Source: a virus
Lineage: Duplodnaviria > Caudoviricetes
DNA length: 46,959 nucleotides
Reading direction: 5' to 3' (one strand)
IMG/VR virus record: IMGVR_UViG_3300036803_000051
Location: 1-46,959 of that record
The notes below the pieces were generated by a model, which was not told where the DNA came from, ran no database searches, and was given only the letters and a program-made list of their open reading frames with translations. Below, piece after piece: positions 17,779-26,273 of this stretch (the first letter of the stretch is position 1; each line of letters begins with the position of its first letter). Both the position numbers and the translations under genes were made by a program.

Positions 17779-18082
17779 ACGCCGTCAGGCAGTCGGTCTG
17801 GACTTGGTGGAACATGTGGGCCGTATCGGCTGAAAGCTCTTTCAGTTGCCACAGGCCGCGTGGAATTTCGGCGGTGTGCTGCCGGAAGCTGTAGCTTTGC
17901 GCGTTGCCGGTTCGGCTGCGCACTACCGATTCGTCGTCCACTTCGAGCAGGTTGATCTGCACGACCTGGCCGTCTTTGCGCCGCGTTACAAACTCGGTGT
18001 TCCTCGCGCGCCGCAATACCCGGACACGGGCAGGATCAGCCAATTCAACGCACCTGGGACCGCTGAAAACGGGAATCCTCAT
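17777..18082 (-). CDS. Hypothetical protein
   Basis: 101 aa, same strand as the late operon. Confidence 0.6.
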   Translation of the reverse strand: MRIPVFSGPRCVELADPARVRVLRRARNTEFVTRRKDGQVVQINLLEVDDESVVRSRTGNAQSYSFRQHTAEIPRGLWQLKELSADTAHMFHQVQTDCLTA

Positions 18083-18157
18083 ACTTAGCAGTGAATTGGG
18101 TAGACGTATCCTATCGATACGACGGGATCGAGATATTTTAGAACCCGCTCGCGGGCC

Positions 18158-18373
18158 TTACTGCTGCAGCTTCAACCCTTCGTGCTTGCCGCGGACATTG
18201 CGGTGGAAGTGCTGGCCCTTCGATGGGGCCTGCATGAATTCGGCGTGTTGCGCCGCCGAAACACCCAAATAGCTGTACGTGTGGCCGGACTTGAACTTGA
18301 CCCGCAATTCGCTGGTCGCCGGATCGTGCCCGACGCTCTCGATATTCGACGAATCCACGGGTGTTAAATCCAT
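18158..18373 (-). CDS. KTSC domain protein
   Basis: VDSSNIESVGHD...LRVKFKSG.TYSY.GV...APSKGQHF..NVR motif. Confidence 0.92.
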   Translation of the reverse strand: MDLTPVDSSNIESVGHDPATSELRVKFKSGHTYSYLGVSAAQHAEFMQAPSKGQHFHRNVRGKHEGLKLQQ

Positions 18374-18720
18374 ACACGCACTACTGAACTTGTAAGGGTA
18401 GGGGATATCCCGTTCGCAAGCTAGATTGCCTTTGGTTTACCGGTTTTTGAAACGGAAAAGTGCCGGGTGCTTCTGCCAGCAAAAATCACATAGCACAATG
18501 AAATCCCGCACCGGCACGCCCGCATCAAACTGGCGCAAAAACAGGGAGGCTTTGTACCCGGTGAACTGAACCACGAACCGAGCAAAGCAAAATTCACACC
18601 GCAGAAATAAACGCACAGGGCCTAAACTAAATATTACCGGCCTTGATTTGCCAGATTCCTTCGGGCCGGTCTGAAGAGTGCGGGCCGTCCTTTCTCGGCC
18701 CGCCGTTATTTCCTTTTGTT

Positions 18721-18770
18721 TTTGGGACTGTCGCGTCCGTCAGGTTCCACTGAAGCCTCAGTGGCTATTG
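18721..18770 (-). promoter_or_regulatory. Conserved 50-bp element 'Y', copy 1 (upstream of the late operon)
   Basis: 37/50 ungapped identity to 31373-31422; contains the CCACTGA-N4-TCAGTGG palindrome. Confidence 0.6.
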
Positions 18771-19000
18771 CACGAGCGCGCGGTTAGACTCGCCGCTGGC
18801 CTGAAGCCCCTTCTGTCGCCCGCGCCTCTCGAATGGTCAAAGTATAATTTGGCATGGAGTCTAAACCTCCCCAACCTGCAACAACCTCCATTCCCCCTTC
18901 TAAGCCTCCAGGACGTTCTCTGGACCAGCACGGGCAGGTGGTCAGCGACGAACATGCCGCCGACGCACTGGGACGCCACAAGCGCCTCAAAGCGAGCTGA

Positions 19001-19225
19001 TCAGCTTTTGGATGGAAGCGCGGAAACCGCATCGTGGAATAACAGCGTCCGCAAAACTGACCTGGCGCCGCGCGACAGCAGTATCCGGGCATCGATCTCA
19101 GGCCCGCAGATCTCGTAAGTTATAATCCCCATTCTTGCCAGCTCCTTGAGGGCTTCCGCCACATCCAAGCTCATCTCGCCGGGTTCCTGCCTCAAAACCA
19201 GACGGGGGCCGCGTTTGCCTCTCAT
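19001..19225 (-). CDS. Hypothetical protein (possible winged-helix)
   Basis: 74 aa, VAEALKELARMGIITY; ATGA-coupled. Confidence 0.5.
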   Translation of the reverse strand: MRGKRGPRLVLRQEPGEMSLDVAEALKELARMGIITYEICGPEIDARILLSRGARSVLRTLLFHDAVSALPSKS

Positions 19226-19527
19226 GACGGGCAACCTTTCCGGAAATGGACGATCTTCTCGAAGCATTTGCCGTGGAATTGGGCCTGTTCCATCGCCTTT
19301 CCCGCGCCGCGAAACATCATCAGCGGCACAGCGTCTCGGCAGACATCGCAATCAGCGCAATCTTCGCTGTGATCGTCCCATCTTGGATCGTCTTCGGACA
19401 CGCCGATGGGCGACCCGCATAGGGCGCAGCAGCATTCCGGGTCCTTGCAGCCGGGTTCACCGCACGATCCGCGCCGCGACCAGCGGATAGCACTGGCATA
19501 GCGGGATTTGATACCGAAGATGCTCAT
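19222..19527 (-). CDS. Cys-rich Zn-binding protein
   Basis: 101 aa with multiple CxxC and HxxC motifs. Confidence 0.6.
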   Translation of the reverse strand: MSIFGIKSRYASAIRWSRRGSCGEPGCKDPECCCALCGSPIGVSEDDPRWDDHSEDCADCDVCRDAVPLMMFRGAGKAMEQAQFHGKCFEKIVHFRKGCPS

Positions 19528-19748
19528 CGCTTGAACTCCCGCCCTATCGCCTTGGCCGCCCGCTCTATCCTCTGCCGGTGATAAACCTCCATCGCCGCGG
19601 TCAACAGGTCTCGGGTCTGCAAGGCGTTCCTGACGGCTTGGCCGACCAGCTCCATGGCGATCAGAAAAGCCACGGTAAAGGCAATCAGCATGGTCAAATA
19701 CCCGATCATTTGCACGAACCAGCCCGGTAGAACGAAACCGTCGCTCAT
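19524..19748 (-). CDS. Single-TM membrane protein
   Basis: 74 aa with a hydrophobic segment; GGAGG RBS. Confidence 0.6.
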   Translation of the reverse strand: MSDGFVLPGWFVQMIGYLTMLIAFTVAFLIAMELVGQAVRNALQTRDLLTAAMEVYHRQRIERAAKAIGREFKR

Positions 19749-20032
19749 TGAGGCCTCCCGTCGTCCCACAGCGGATCATCACCAAGCCTCATAGCCACCG
19801 CGTGAGCCCGGAAGCCTGCTGCCTCCACTCGCTCGATGACGGCCGCTATGATCTCCCGCGCCGTCTGTTCGGACTGGCCGGTATTGCCAGGATGGCGCAA
19901 CGCCAGTTGAAGATTGGCGACCAGCGATAGCAGTTCCATCAGCCCGAAGTGGATCGGAAGGATGAAGTCGGGGCGGTATTCCTGCTGCATTTCGCGGAGG
20001 AGACGGAGTTTCTGATCTTCCAGGGTGTTCAT
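19745..20032 (-). CDS. Hypothetical phage protein
   Basis: 95 aa; LQLALRHP motif; coupled. Confidence 0.65.
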   Translation of the reverse strand: MNTLEDQKLRLLREMQQEYRPDFILPIHFGLMELLSLVANLQLALRHPGNTGQSEQTAREIIAAVIERVEAAGFRAHAVAMRLGDDPLWDDGRPQ

Positions 20033-20316
20033 TTCGAGTCCTCCAGAGCATTCAGCGCCGCGACAATCAGCGCAGCATCTTCGGGGTCATGCGTTTGGCA
20101 AACGGGCCGGTCGCCGTCATAAATGTTGAGCGGCACTTTCCTTCCGACTCGATAGCGCGGGGTGGCTGGTTTGGACGGCTTCACGGGGGTTTCGGCGTAG
20201 GCGCGGAGGATGGCCTTCTGCAACTTCTCGGCTTCATGGGCCTGCGCTGGCCGTTCCCATGGTTGGCTGAGTTGGTCCAGCAGGAAGAGAACCGCTTCTT
20301 TTAGGGGATCGCTCAT
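20029..20316 (-). CDS. Hypothetical phage protein
   Basis: 95 aa; YRVGRKVPLNIY...AALIVAALN motif. Confidence 0.65.
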   Translation of the reverse strand: MSDPLKEAVLFLLDQLSQPWERPAQAHEAEKLQKAILRAYAETPVKPSKPATPRYRVGRKVPLNIYDGDRPVCQTHDPEDAALIVAALNALEDSK

Positions 20317-20654
20317 CAGGATGCCTCCATCGCCTTTTCGGGCGTTCTTGCGATCTCGGCTGCGATCTCCCGGTAGTGCCACGCGAGAGACTTGCCATAA
20401 AGCTCTTCCAGGCGGTCGCACTCTGCGCAGTCGAAGTACACCAGGATCGAATCCGTCTGGTGGATGATCCTTCGGTGCGAGTAGATTAACTGCACGATGG
20501 CCGCTGGTATGCCGGGGGACTCGCTGGAACCGGCGCGGGCTTCCCTTTCGGCCAAGAACGCTTCCTTGCAGGGGACGGAGCAGAAATGCGTCGGCGGATG
20601 ATCTCTCCGGTAGCGCCAGTAGGTGTGGTCGCAATTCAGGCAGGTGGTGATCAT
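20316..20654 (-). CDS. Zn-finger protein
   Basis: CLNC...FCSVPC and CAEC motifs. Confidence 0.65.
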   Translation of the reverse strand: MITTCLNCDHTYWRYRRDHPPTHFCSVPCKEAFLAEREARAGSSESPGIPAAIVQLIYSHRRIIHQTDSILVYFDCAECDRLEELYGKSLAWHYREIAAEIARTPEKAMEAS

Positions 20655-20857
20655 TTGGAGTCCTCCAAACGCTTTCTTGACCACTGTTTGAAACTGGTCT
20701 TTGCAGTCGTCTTCTTCTTTTTGTTTGTGACTGTCGGCTCAGTTGGCTTCGCAGGAGCTTCCAGCGATTTTGGGTCAGTCTCCTTCGCTCTGATTCTGTC
20801 TATGAAGCCGGGATCGTTGAGTCCGGCTGCTAAAAGCATGTGCTCGAATTTCGTCAC
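20651..20857 (-). CDS. Basic hypothetical protein
   Basis: 68 aa from GTG with AGGAGG RBS. Confidence 0.5.
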   Translation of the reverse strand: MTKFEHMLLAAGLNDPGFIDRIRAKETDPKSLEAPAKPTEPTVTNKKKKTTAKTSFKQWSRKRLEDSK

Positions 20858-21381
20858 TTGTTGTCGTCCTCCTTTGGGTGCGTCAATCTCCACCTGGCTA
20901 ATTCTTCGCGTTGCTCTCCGCTGAGTGGGAAGCCCAACTCTTCGGCTATTGCCCAGCACTGGCCGAGCGGCACCTTCGAGAACTCACGCACAGCCAGTTT
21001 CTTTTTGATGGCCTTCCACATCAGGTCGTCCTGTCGGGGCTCGCCGGGTTTTCTGCTGCCGAGCTGCTCCTGGATGCTGTCGTAGAAACCCGCGTCGAGC
21101 GTATAGCCTGCTCGCAGCCACTGCTCCTTCAGCGGGGGTTGCTTCGGAAGAAATTGAGCCCGGAGCGCATCGTTGTAAGCAACATCGTGCAGGTCCTGCG
21201 GGGTAGGGCACTGGTCGCGGAATGCTTTGAGAATCGCTTCGGCGTGCTCGATGCTGAGGGCGTACCGCGAGAGGTACATCGCAAGGCACTTCTGTCCGGC
21301 TTCGTGCTCGGGGTAGTCGCGCAGCGCGGCAAGCCACTTCCTCACGAAGGTCAGCGCCCACTTTTCATCGACTGGGTTCAC
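20854..21381 (-). CDS. Replication accessory protein (helicase loader/inhibitor position)
   Basis: 175 aa, GTGA-coupled to the initiator; CPTPQDL motif; assignment mainly positional. Confidence 0.5.
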   Translation of the reverse strand: MNPVDEKWALTFVRKWLAALRDYPEHEAGQKCLAMYLSRYALSIEHAEAILKAFRDQCPTPQDLHDVAYNDALRAQFLPKQPPLKEQWLRAGYTLDAGFYDSIQEQLGSRKPGEPRQDDLMWKAIKKKLAVREFSKVPLGQCWAIAEELGFPLSGEQREELARWRLTHPKEDDNK

Positions 21382-22775
21382 GACACGGCGCTCTTGGTTT
21401 TCTGCCGCTTCTCGACCCGTTCCAGATCGACACCCATCCGGCAGGTGCAATACGTGTCACCGATCCGGCCGAGGTTCTTGCAGAGCAGGCAGGGGCCGGT
21501 ACGTTTCTTCTGCTGCTCCAAGGTTTCCGGTTCAGGCACTGGCGCCGCGGCCGAGGTTCCCAGTTTCTTGGCCTCCGACAGGAAAAAGCCAGGTCCGGGT
21601 TTGGTGCGCAGCCGGGAAAGCCGGGGCGTGATGTCGTCGATGTACTCGCGAAGGGTTGAGCGGGCGATCTCCACGGTGTCGCAGATATCGCGGAAGAGCT
21701 TCTGGTCCGGTGCGTGTCCGGTTGCCTTGGTGATCAGCGCCGCCAGTTCGTCTTTGACGGTGGCGTATTCCGGCTCTGTGCTGGTCGTCGTCGTCGATTC
21801 TGTCTGAATTTCAGCGGCGCTCTTCTTCTCTACAACGGAAAAGGACGACGACGACGACAACACTTCTTCAGAGGCGGAAGCAGGTTTTGTTTCACCTGGG
21901 ATTTGACTGGTATTTCTTATAGTCCCCGAACCATTCGCTACCTCAGGTAGCGATTCAGGCGCTACGGTAGGTAGCGAACCATTCGCTACCTCCTGCTCCA
22001 CAACCTGGATAAAAACTTTCTTCGCTTCCTCGTAGCCACGGGCCACCGCTTTCTGATATATAGAAGAGGTGATTTGGGCTTTTTCAGGAATTGGGATTTT
22101 GAATAGCTTTAGAATCTGCTGAATAGGCGGCAGAGGTAGCGAAACTTTCGCTACCTCGACCTTCGACATATCGTCGGTCCCAGCCGCCAGTTTTGCCTGA
22201 AAATCGCTCCACTCCTCCAAAACGCTATCCGTGTCGGCAGGCTTTGGTACTGCAAAGAACCTAAGCTGAGTTTTACCGCTTGGCAGGCGCTTGCGCTCTT
22301 CGAGGGATAGTCCGATGAGCGGCTTGCCATCCCCTGATTGCCTCTCGCATACGCCATCCTCTTCGAGATCGGCAAGCGCGGATCGGAGGTGCTCTTTGCT
22401 CTCCTTGCAAGCCGCAAACTTCCCGGCATCTTTGATACCGGCGCCGGAATAGTAGGCCTTGGCCTCCTTGTGAAGTTCCCGTGCGACATCCTTTACTAAG
22501 AGCGGCCGGACGGAGCCGCCGGGATCTTTGATCATGGCAACCTCGCCGTTATATCCGGGCGAGTGCAACATCCCGCAAGCCCACACCTGAACCTTGAGCG
22601 GGCGACTGGGACGCATCAAACTTCGTAACTGGTGTTTCGATAGTGTGACAGCTCCGTTAGGCTCGACACCCAGGTCGAGCATCCACTGCGGCACCCAACC
22701 GGTGCCGTTGCTTCCTGTCTGTTTGGTTTTGGCTGTACCCACGATGCTTCCGTTTTTCTGAGCGCACAAACGCAC
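21378..22775 (-). CDS. Replication initiator protein (lambda O-like organisation)
   Basis: wHTH-like N-terminal part (LRSALADLEEDGVCER), low-complexity linker containing iterons, C-terminal KPGPGFF and CxxC...CxC; start may be GTG near 22742. Confidence 0.65.
   Translation of the reverse strand: MRLCAQKNGSIVGTAKTKQTGSNGTGWVPQWMLDLGVEPNGAVTLSKHQLRSLMRPSRPLKVQVWACGMLHSPGYNGEVAMIKDPGGSVRPLLVKDVARELHKEAKAYYSGAGIKDAGKFAACKESKEHLRSALADLEEDGVCERQSGDGKPLIGLSLEERKRLPSGKTQLRFFAVPKPADTDSVLEEWSDFQAKLAAGTDDMSKVEVAKVSLPLPPIQQILKLFKIPIPEKAQITSSIYQKAVARGYEEAKKVFIQVVEQEVANGSLPTVAPESLPEVANGSGTIRNTSQIPGETKPASASEEVLSSSSSFSVVEKKSAAEIQTESTTTTSTEPEYATVKDELAALITKATGHAPDQKLFRDICDTVEIARSTLREYIDDITPRLSRLRTKPGPGFFLSEAKKLGTSAAAPVPEPETLEQQKKRTGPCLLCKNLGRIGDTYCTCRMGVDLERVEKRQKTKSAVS
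21927..22157. other. Putative replication origin: palindromic iterons plus AT-rich tract
   Basis: AGGTAGCGAA-N3-TTCGCTACCT perfect at 21969-21991 and 22134-22156, degenerate copies at 24-bp spacing upstream; AT-rich stretch ~22010-22120. Confidence 0.7.
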
Positions 22776-23082
22776 ACTCGGTTGAACAACGTTGCATTTT
22801 GCGAGGGGAAGCTATGGCAGAATTAAGGCAGGTACCATTCTCTTCCGATCGCGCCTGGGAGCCTCAATCGCACTCTACTTTTCCAGGGGAAAGTGCGGCG
22901 AGGTGAAAGGAATCGGGGGAGATCTTCCGTGGTACCGGACGTAATGTTCGTTATCAGAGCGGGTGCTCGATAACGGTGTTCGCATCAGAACGGGTTGCCA
23001 ATTCTGATAACGAATAACACTTCTCTTTTTAGTGCTCAGACACCTGTAAACAGGCCTCGCCAAGCACTCTGCAAAAATTGAG

Positions 23083-23442
23083 TTATGTGAACTTAAGGGG
23101 TTCCAGCGTAGGCGGTTCGTAAGTCTGGCGGCAGATTCCGCGGCCCGGAGCAGGGTAGGGAATCCGGCCAATCTTACGCACCTCGGGGTTAGAAAACGTG
23201 CTCCAGGCCTCCTGCATGCCGGATCGGTGGGGGCGCATGATAATGCCCGAGACCTGTCCGTTTTCCCGGATCTTGGTAACCCAGAGGAGCGACGTTTCCC
23301 ATGCCGCATCTGCCCCAGGCCGGAGCTGCACCACATCCCCAGGCGCAATACTCTGCTGCTCGAGAGTGAGTTCCAGGCCCGCAGCAACACGAGCGCGAAG
23401 CACCAGAGACTCCAGCAGACTAAGCTCGTCGGAAGTGAGCAT
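23083..23442 (-). CDS. Hypothetical SH3/KOW-like protein
   Basis: 119 aa; IAPGDVVQL motif. Confidence 0.6.
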   Translation of the reverse strand: MLTSDELSLLESLVLRARVAAGLELTLEQQSIAPGDVVQLRPGADAAWETSLLWVTKIRENGQVSGIIMRPHRSGMQEAWSTFSNPEVRKIGRIPYPAPGRGICRQTYEPPTLEPLKFT

Positions 23443-24092
23443 CGAGCCGAGTCTACGACCGGCACCGGCCTAATTGCAGTAACAGAAGCGGCGAAAAGTA
23501 ACGGGCTTTGGAGGTTTTGGGTTTGGCCGGATTGTGAGTACTGTGCCAGCATCACTCCGTCAGAAAGAGTGTCGAGTGGCGGCCGAAGTCTGACCCAGCC
23601 TCTGAGAAGGCTGGCAACGACCGCACACCCAAGAAAGTTGTTCCAATTCTGAAGCACCGATGCCCCCCGGCGCAATGGGACATTTGGCTGGTACCGCCCG
23701 TAATGGGCAGCGGGAACCATAGACGAGATCAGGAGGGATACGCTATGCTTCATGCGTCCAGACCTCCTTTCTTCTGAGGTCCTTCAGCGATCTCGACCGC
23801 ATCGTGCGACAGGCTTGGCGGCACGTGTGCACGGTGCGGTTGCAGTTTGATTTCTTATTTATTCGGCCGGAATGGGTTACGATAGTGGCTGATACCACGC
23901 GAATAACTTTCTGCGATTTGGGGCGGCGCACTCTAATCCGGCACGCCGCCCTTTAAATTTGTAACGACCCTTTCAATCGTACGCCCACGCGCATCCACCC
24001 GGTCAAAACCAATGTCTTTACCCTGGCGAAGAAACAGGGAACGACGTGACCGCGCGCGCAGTTCGATATGATGTGTCGCAAAGGAGATTTCG

Positions 24093-24383
24093 ATGGGTAT
24101 TCAGCTCTCAGAGACGGCACGGAGCCTTTGTCATTCTCACAATCCGGAGGAACGCTGCGTCCGGCTGATCTCAGAAATGCGGAAGCGATCAGAGCAGGCC
24201 TACGATGCCGCGATACGCGCCGGAGCCCTTACAGAGCAGCTCGTGGAGCTTTTCTCGTACAACCGCGAACTCAAGGCGCAGACCCGCAGCCTGGTGATCG
24301 CCACGGTCACCGGGAAGCTCCAGGAGGCCGAACATCCGCCAGGCGCCAAAGCAGCCGGTTCCGCCTCGGGTCCATTAGAATAG
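24093..24383 (+). CDS. Helical hypothetical protein
   Basis: 96 aa with AAGGAG RBS. Confidence 0.6.
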   Translation: MGIQLSETARSLCHSHNPEERCVRLISEMRKRSEQAYDAAIRAGALTEQLVELFSYNRELKAQTRSLVIATVTGKLQEAEHPPGAKAAGSASGPLE

Positions 24384-24569
24384 GCTCTGATCAAACGGCG
24401 ATGCGATGTTGCAAGGCCGCTGGGACAATGCCTTGGAAACTCGCGTCGGATTAGAATAGAAAGCGGTCGATTCGACCAAATCTACGAAAGGACCAGAACC
24501 TCGAAGGCAAACCAATCAACCGGAGCAGGCCTGCCGACTGACTGAACGTGTGAGGCAGGCCCTATCCGA

Positions 24570-24788
24570 ATGCACCGGCGCACTAACTACACCGTCACCG
24601 AGGCCTTGGGCCTCATCGGCGGATCGCTCATTGAGCTCCAATTCTGGGGCACATCCATTCCCGCCAAATTCTCCCCCGCCGCTATCAACCTGCAGGCCCG
24701 GCAGCTCCTGGGGCACTACATCGACCTCGAAGTGGGAGAGGTTCCAGCGCCGCTAGTCCACAGCCTAATTGCCCAAATTACTTGGTAG
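24570..24788 (+). CDS. Hypothetical protein
   Basis: 72 aa, protein-like composition. Confidence 0.5.
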   Translation: MHRRTNYTVTEALGLIGGSLIELQFWGTSIPAKFSPAAINLQARQLLGHYIDLEVGEVPAPLVHSLIAQITW

Positions 24789-24833
24789 TAACAGTACTTC
24801 GGCAGTATGCTGTATCACAAGGAGAATCAATCG

Positions 24834-25214
24834 ATGGCAGCTACCCGGACACAGAAGAAACCGGCCGCACAAACGCCAGTCACGCAGCAGACGGAAACCT
24901 ACCCGGCGATCTTCCGGACAATGGAGGGCCTGGCCCGGCCCAATGGACCCGCACAGGCTGTCCTGTGGACCGAAATCTGCCACATCTGGAGCCGTAATTT
25001 CGGCAAAGCGATGAGCAAGGCGCATCAGGAGCAGATTACGAACCTGATGGAGGTTTACGCCGGAATCAACGGCAACGGGGCAGGCGCGACGGTTCCCGCA
25101 ACCACAACCGCGGCGCAAGAACCACCCACGGTTCTGACGGCCGCTCAGAAGCGCGCAGCTACGGTGGCGGCAAGGAAGCTGGCAGCGCAGCAGGCAGCAG
25201 GCGCGACAGGCTGA
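24834..25214 (+). CDS. Hypothetical protein with basic Ala-rich tail
   Basis: 126 aa with AAGGAG RBS. Confidence 0.65.
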   Translation: MAATRTQKKPAAQTPVTQQTETYPAIFRTMEGLARPNGPAQAVLWTEICHIWSRNFGKAMSKAHQEQITNLMEVYAGINGNGAGATVPATTTAAQEPPTVLTAAQKRAATVAARKLAAQQAAGATG

Positions 25215-25346
25215 TCAGCCCGGATTCGAAACCTTCCCGCTCCCACCGGGCCAGAGAGCGGCAGTCTCACGCTCGGAACCCGGCGAACCGGAGGTCCAGG
25301 GAGCGGCACTGCGCATCACCTCCTCGCCTTACTTCTCAGTACGGCC

Positions 25347-25451
25347 TTACCGCCGCGGCCGGTTCCAGCCCATGATCCAGGCGATGACCACGGCGCACAC
25401 GATTAGGCCAACCGCCATCAGGAGCAGGAAGTACACCCTGGCAGCCGCCAT
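25347..25451 (-). CDS. 34-aa hydrophobic membrane peptide
   Basis: MAAARVYFLLLMAVGLIVCAVVIAWIMGWNRPRR, GGAG RBS. Confidence 0.6.
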   Translation of the reverse strand: MAAARVYFLLLMAVGLIVCAVVIAWIMGWNRPRR

Positions 25452-25460
25452 GCTCCCAGA

Positions 25461-25664
25461 TTAATCAGGGTACGGCGCCGTCTGCCCCACGTACGGCCGC
25501 CGCTGACAGGCCGGGTTGGCTCGGTGGTGCGCTTCCAGGATCTCGTTCATGACCTGCTCCACGTCATCGCCGGCTTCCCAGTGGATTTCACTCCGCGCGC
25601 CGCAATCGCAAAACCAGGGAATGATCGGGCAGTACCTGGGCTCCGGGGACAGGGTGCGGTGCAT
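25461..25664 (-). CDS. Small Zn-binding protein
   Basis: WFCDCG...HH..NPAC; TACCAT 6 nt before the ATG. Confidence 0.55.
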   Translation of the reverse strand: MHRTLSPEPRYCPIIPWFCDCGARSEIHWEAGDDVEQVMNEILEAHHRANPACQRRPYVGQTAPYPD

Positions 25665-25685
25665 GGGTCTATGGTAGCTGGTTGA

Positions 25686-25705
25686 TGGCGCACAACCGTG
25701 CGCCA
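25686..25705. promoter_or_regulatory. Operator-like palindrome between divergent genes
   Basis: TGGCGCAC-AACC-GTGCGCCA. Confidence 0.45.
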
Positions 25706-25710
25706 ACAAC

Positions 25711-25980
25711 ATGGCCTACCCCAGATACAGCGATTCGCGGAAATTGCAGCAAATCAATGCATTTTGGGAGTTCAGGGTCCGCCGTCTGTGTGCCGGACCC
25801 CGCCGGTTTGTGAGTCGCGAGCCGGGAGAGGCTCGTTTGTTGCTTTGCAGTGGAGGCCGGGCAAAGGCCTCGATTGAGGATACGCCGGAATGGGGGCGGA
25901 ATACCATCCGGGGTATAGTGGAGCAAATCCTTATCACATGGGAGGGGGTTGAGGCCTTTGAAGCCGGCCGCGCCCCCTGA
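25711..25980 (+). CDS. Hypothetical protein
   Basis: 89 aa ORF. Confidence 0.45.
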   Translation: MAYPRYSDSRKLQQINAFWEFRVRRLCAGPRRFVSREPGEARLLLCSGGRAKASIEDTPEWGRNTIRGIVEQILITWEGVEAFEAGRAP

Positions 25981-26027
25981 AAATAAATGCGGGCGAAACG
26001 GCAAAATCCGGGCCGCTCAAACGAATA

Positions 26028-26156
26028 TGTATAGCGAAGTTGCAGCAAAACGCTGTACAGCGAAGTTGCAGCAAAACGCTGCAAGTTTTGAGTTCGGCGC
26101 CGGAAGCGCGGACTAGCGCGGACAAGCGCAAACCAGACTAAAGCGTTGAAAACAAA
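26028..26156. repeat. res/att-like site: tandem 26-bp palindromic repeats and an IHF-like box
   Basis: TGTA(T/C)AGCGAAGTTGCAGCAAAACGC x2 (25/26 identical); 10-bp AGCGCGGAC(T/A) repeats at 26105-26129; TAAAGCGTTGAAA resembles the IHF consensus; adjacent to the recombinase gene. Confidence 0.6.
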
Positions 26157-26273
26157 CGGGGTGACGTGCAGAAAGTTTCAGCTTTGCTATCGAGTGAACC
26201 GGCGCCGCGAGGGCGCGCAATTGCAACATGGAACCGGGCCCCGTCCGGACGTCTTACTGCACACCCAATTCGG

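Noticed and set aside
18758-18979. TSWRLRRG resembling TIYRLRKG of the 48-aa ORF
   Set aside because: Too short, no convincing start or RBS; probably chance
22875-23753. 292-aa ORF as a confident CDS
   Set aside because: Composition is not protein-like and it overlaps a better 119-aa gene in another frame; kept only as part of an RNA-switch hypothesis
25215-25300. tRNA suggested by TTCGAATCC on the minus strand
   Set aside because: No acceptor stem, D-arm or anticodon arm can be built
26028-26081. Possible CRISPR mini-array
   Set aside because: Repeats are directly tandem with no spacer, and no cas genes are present
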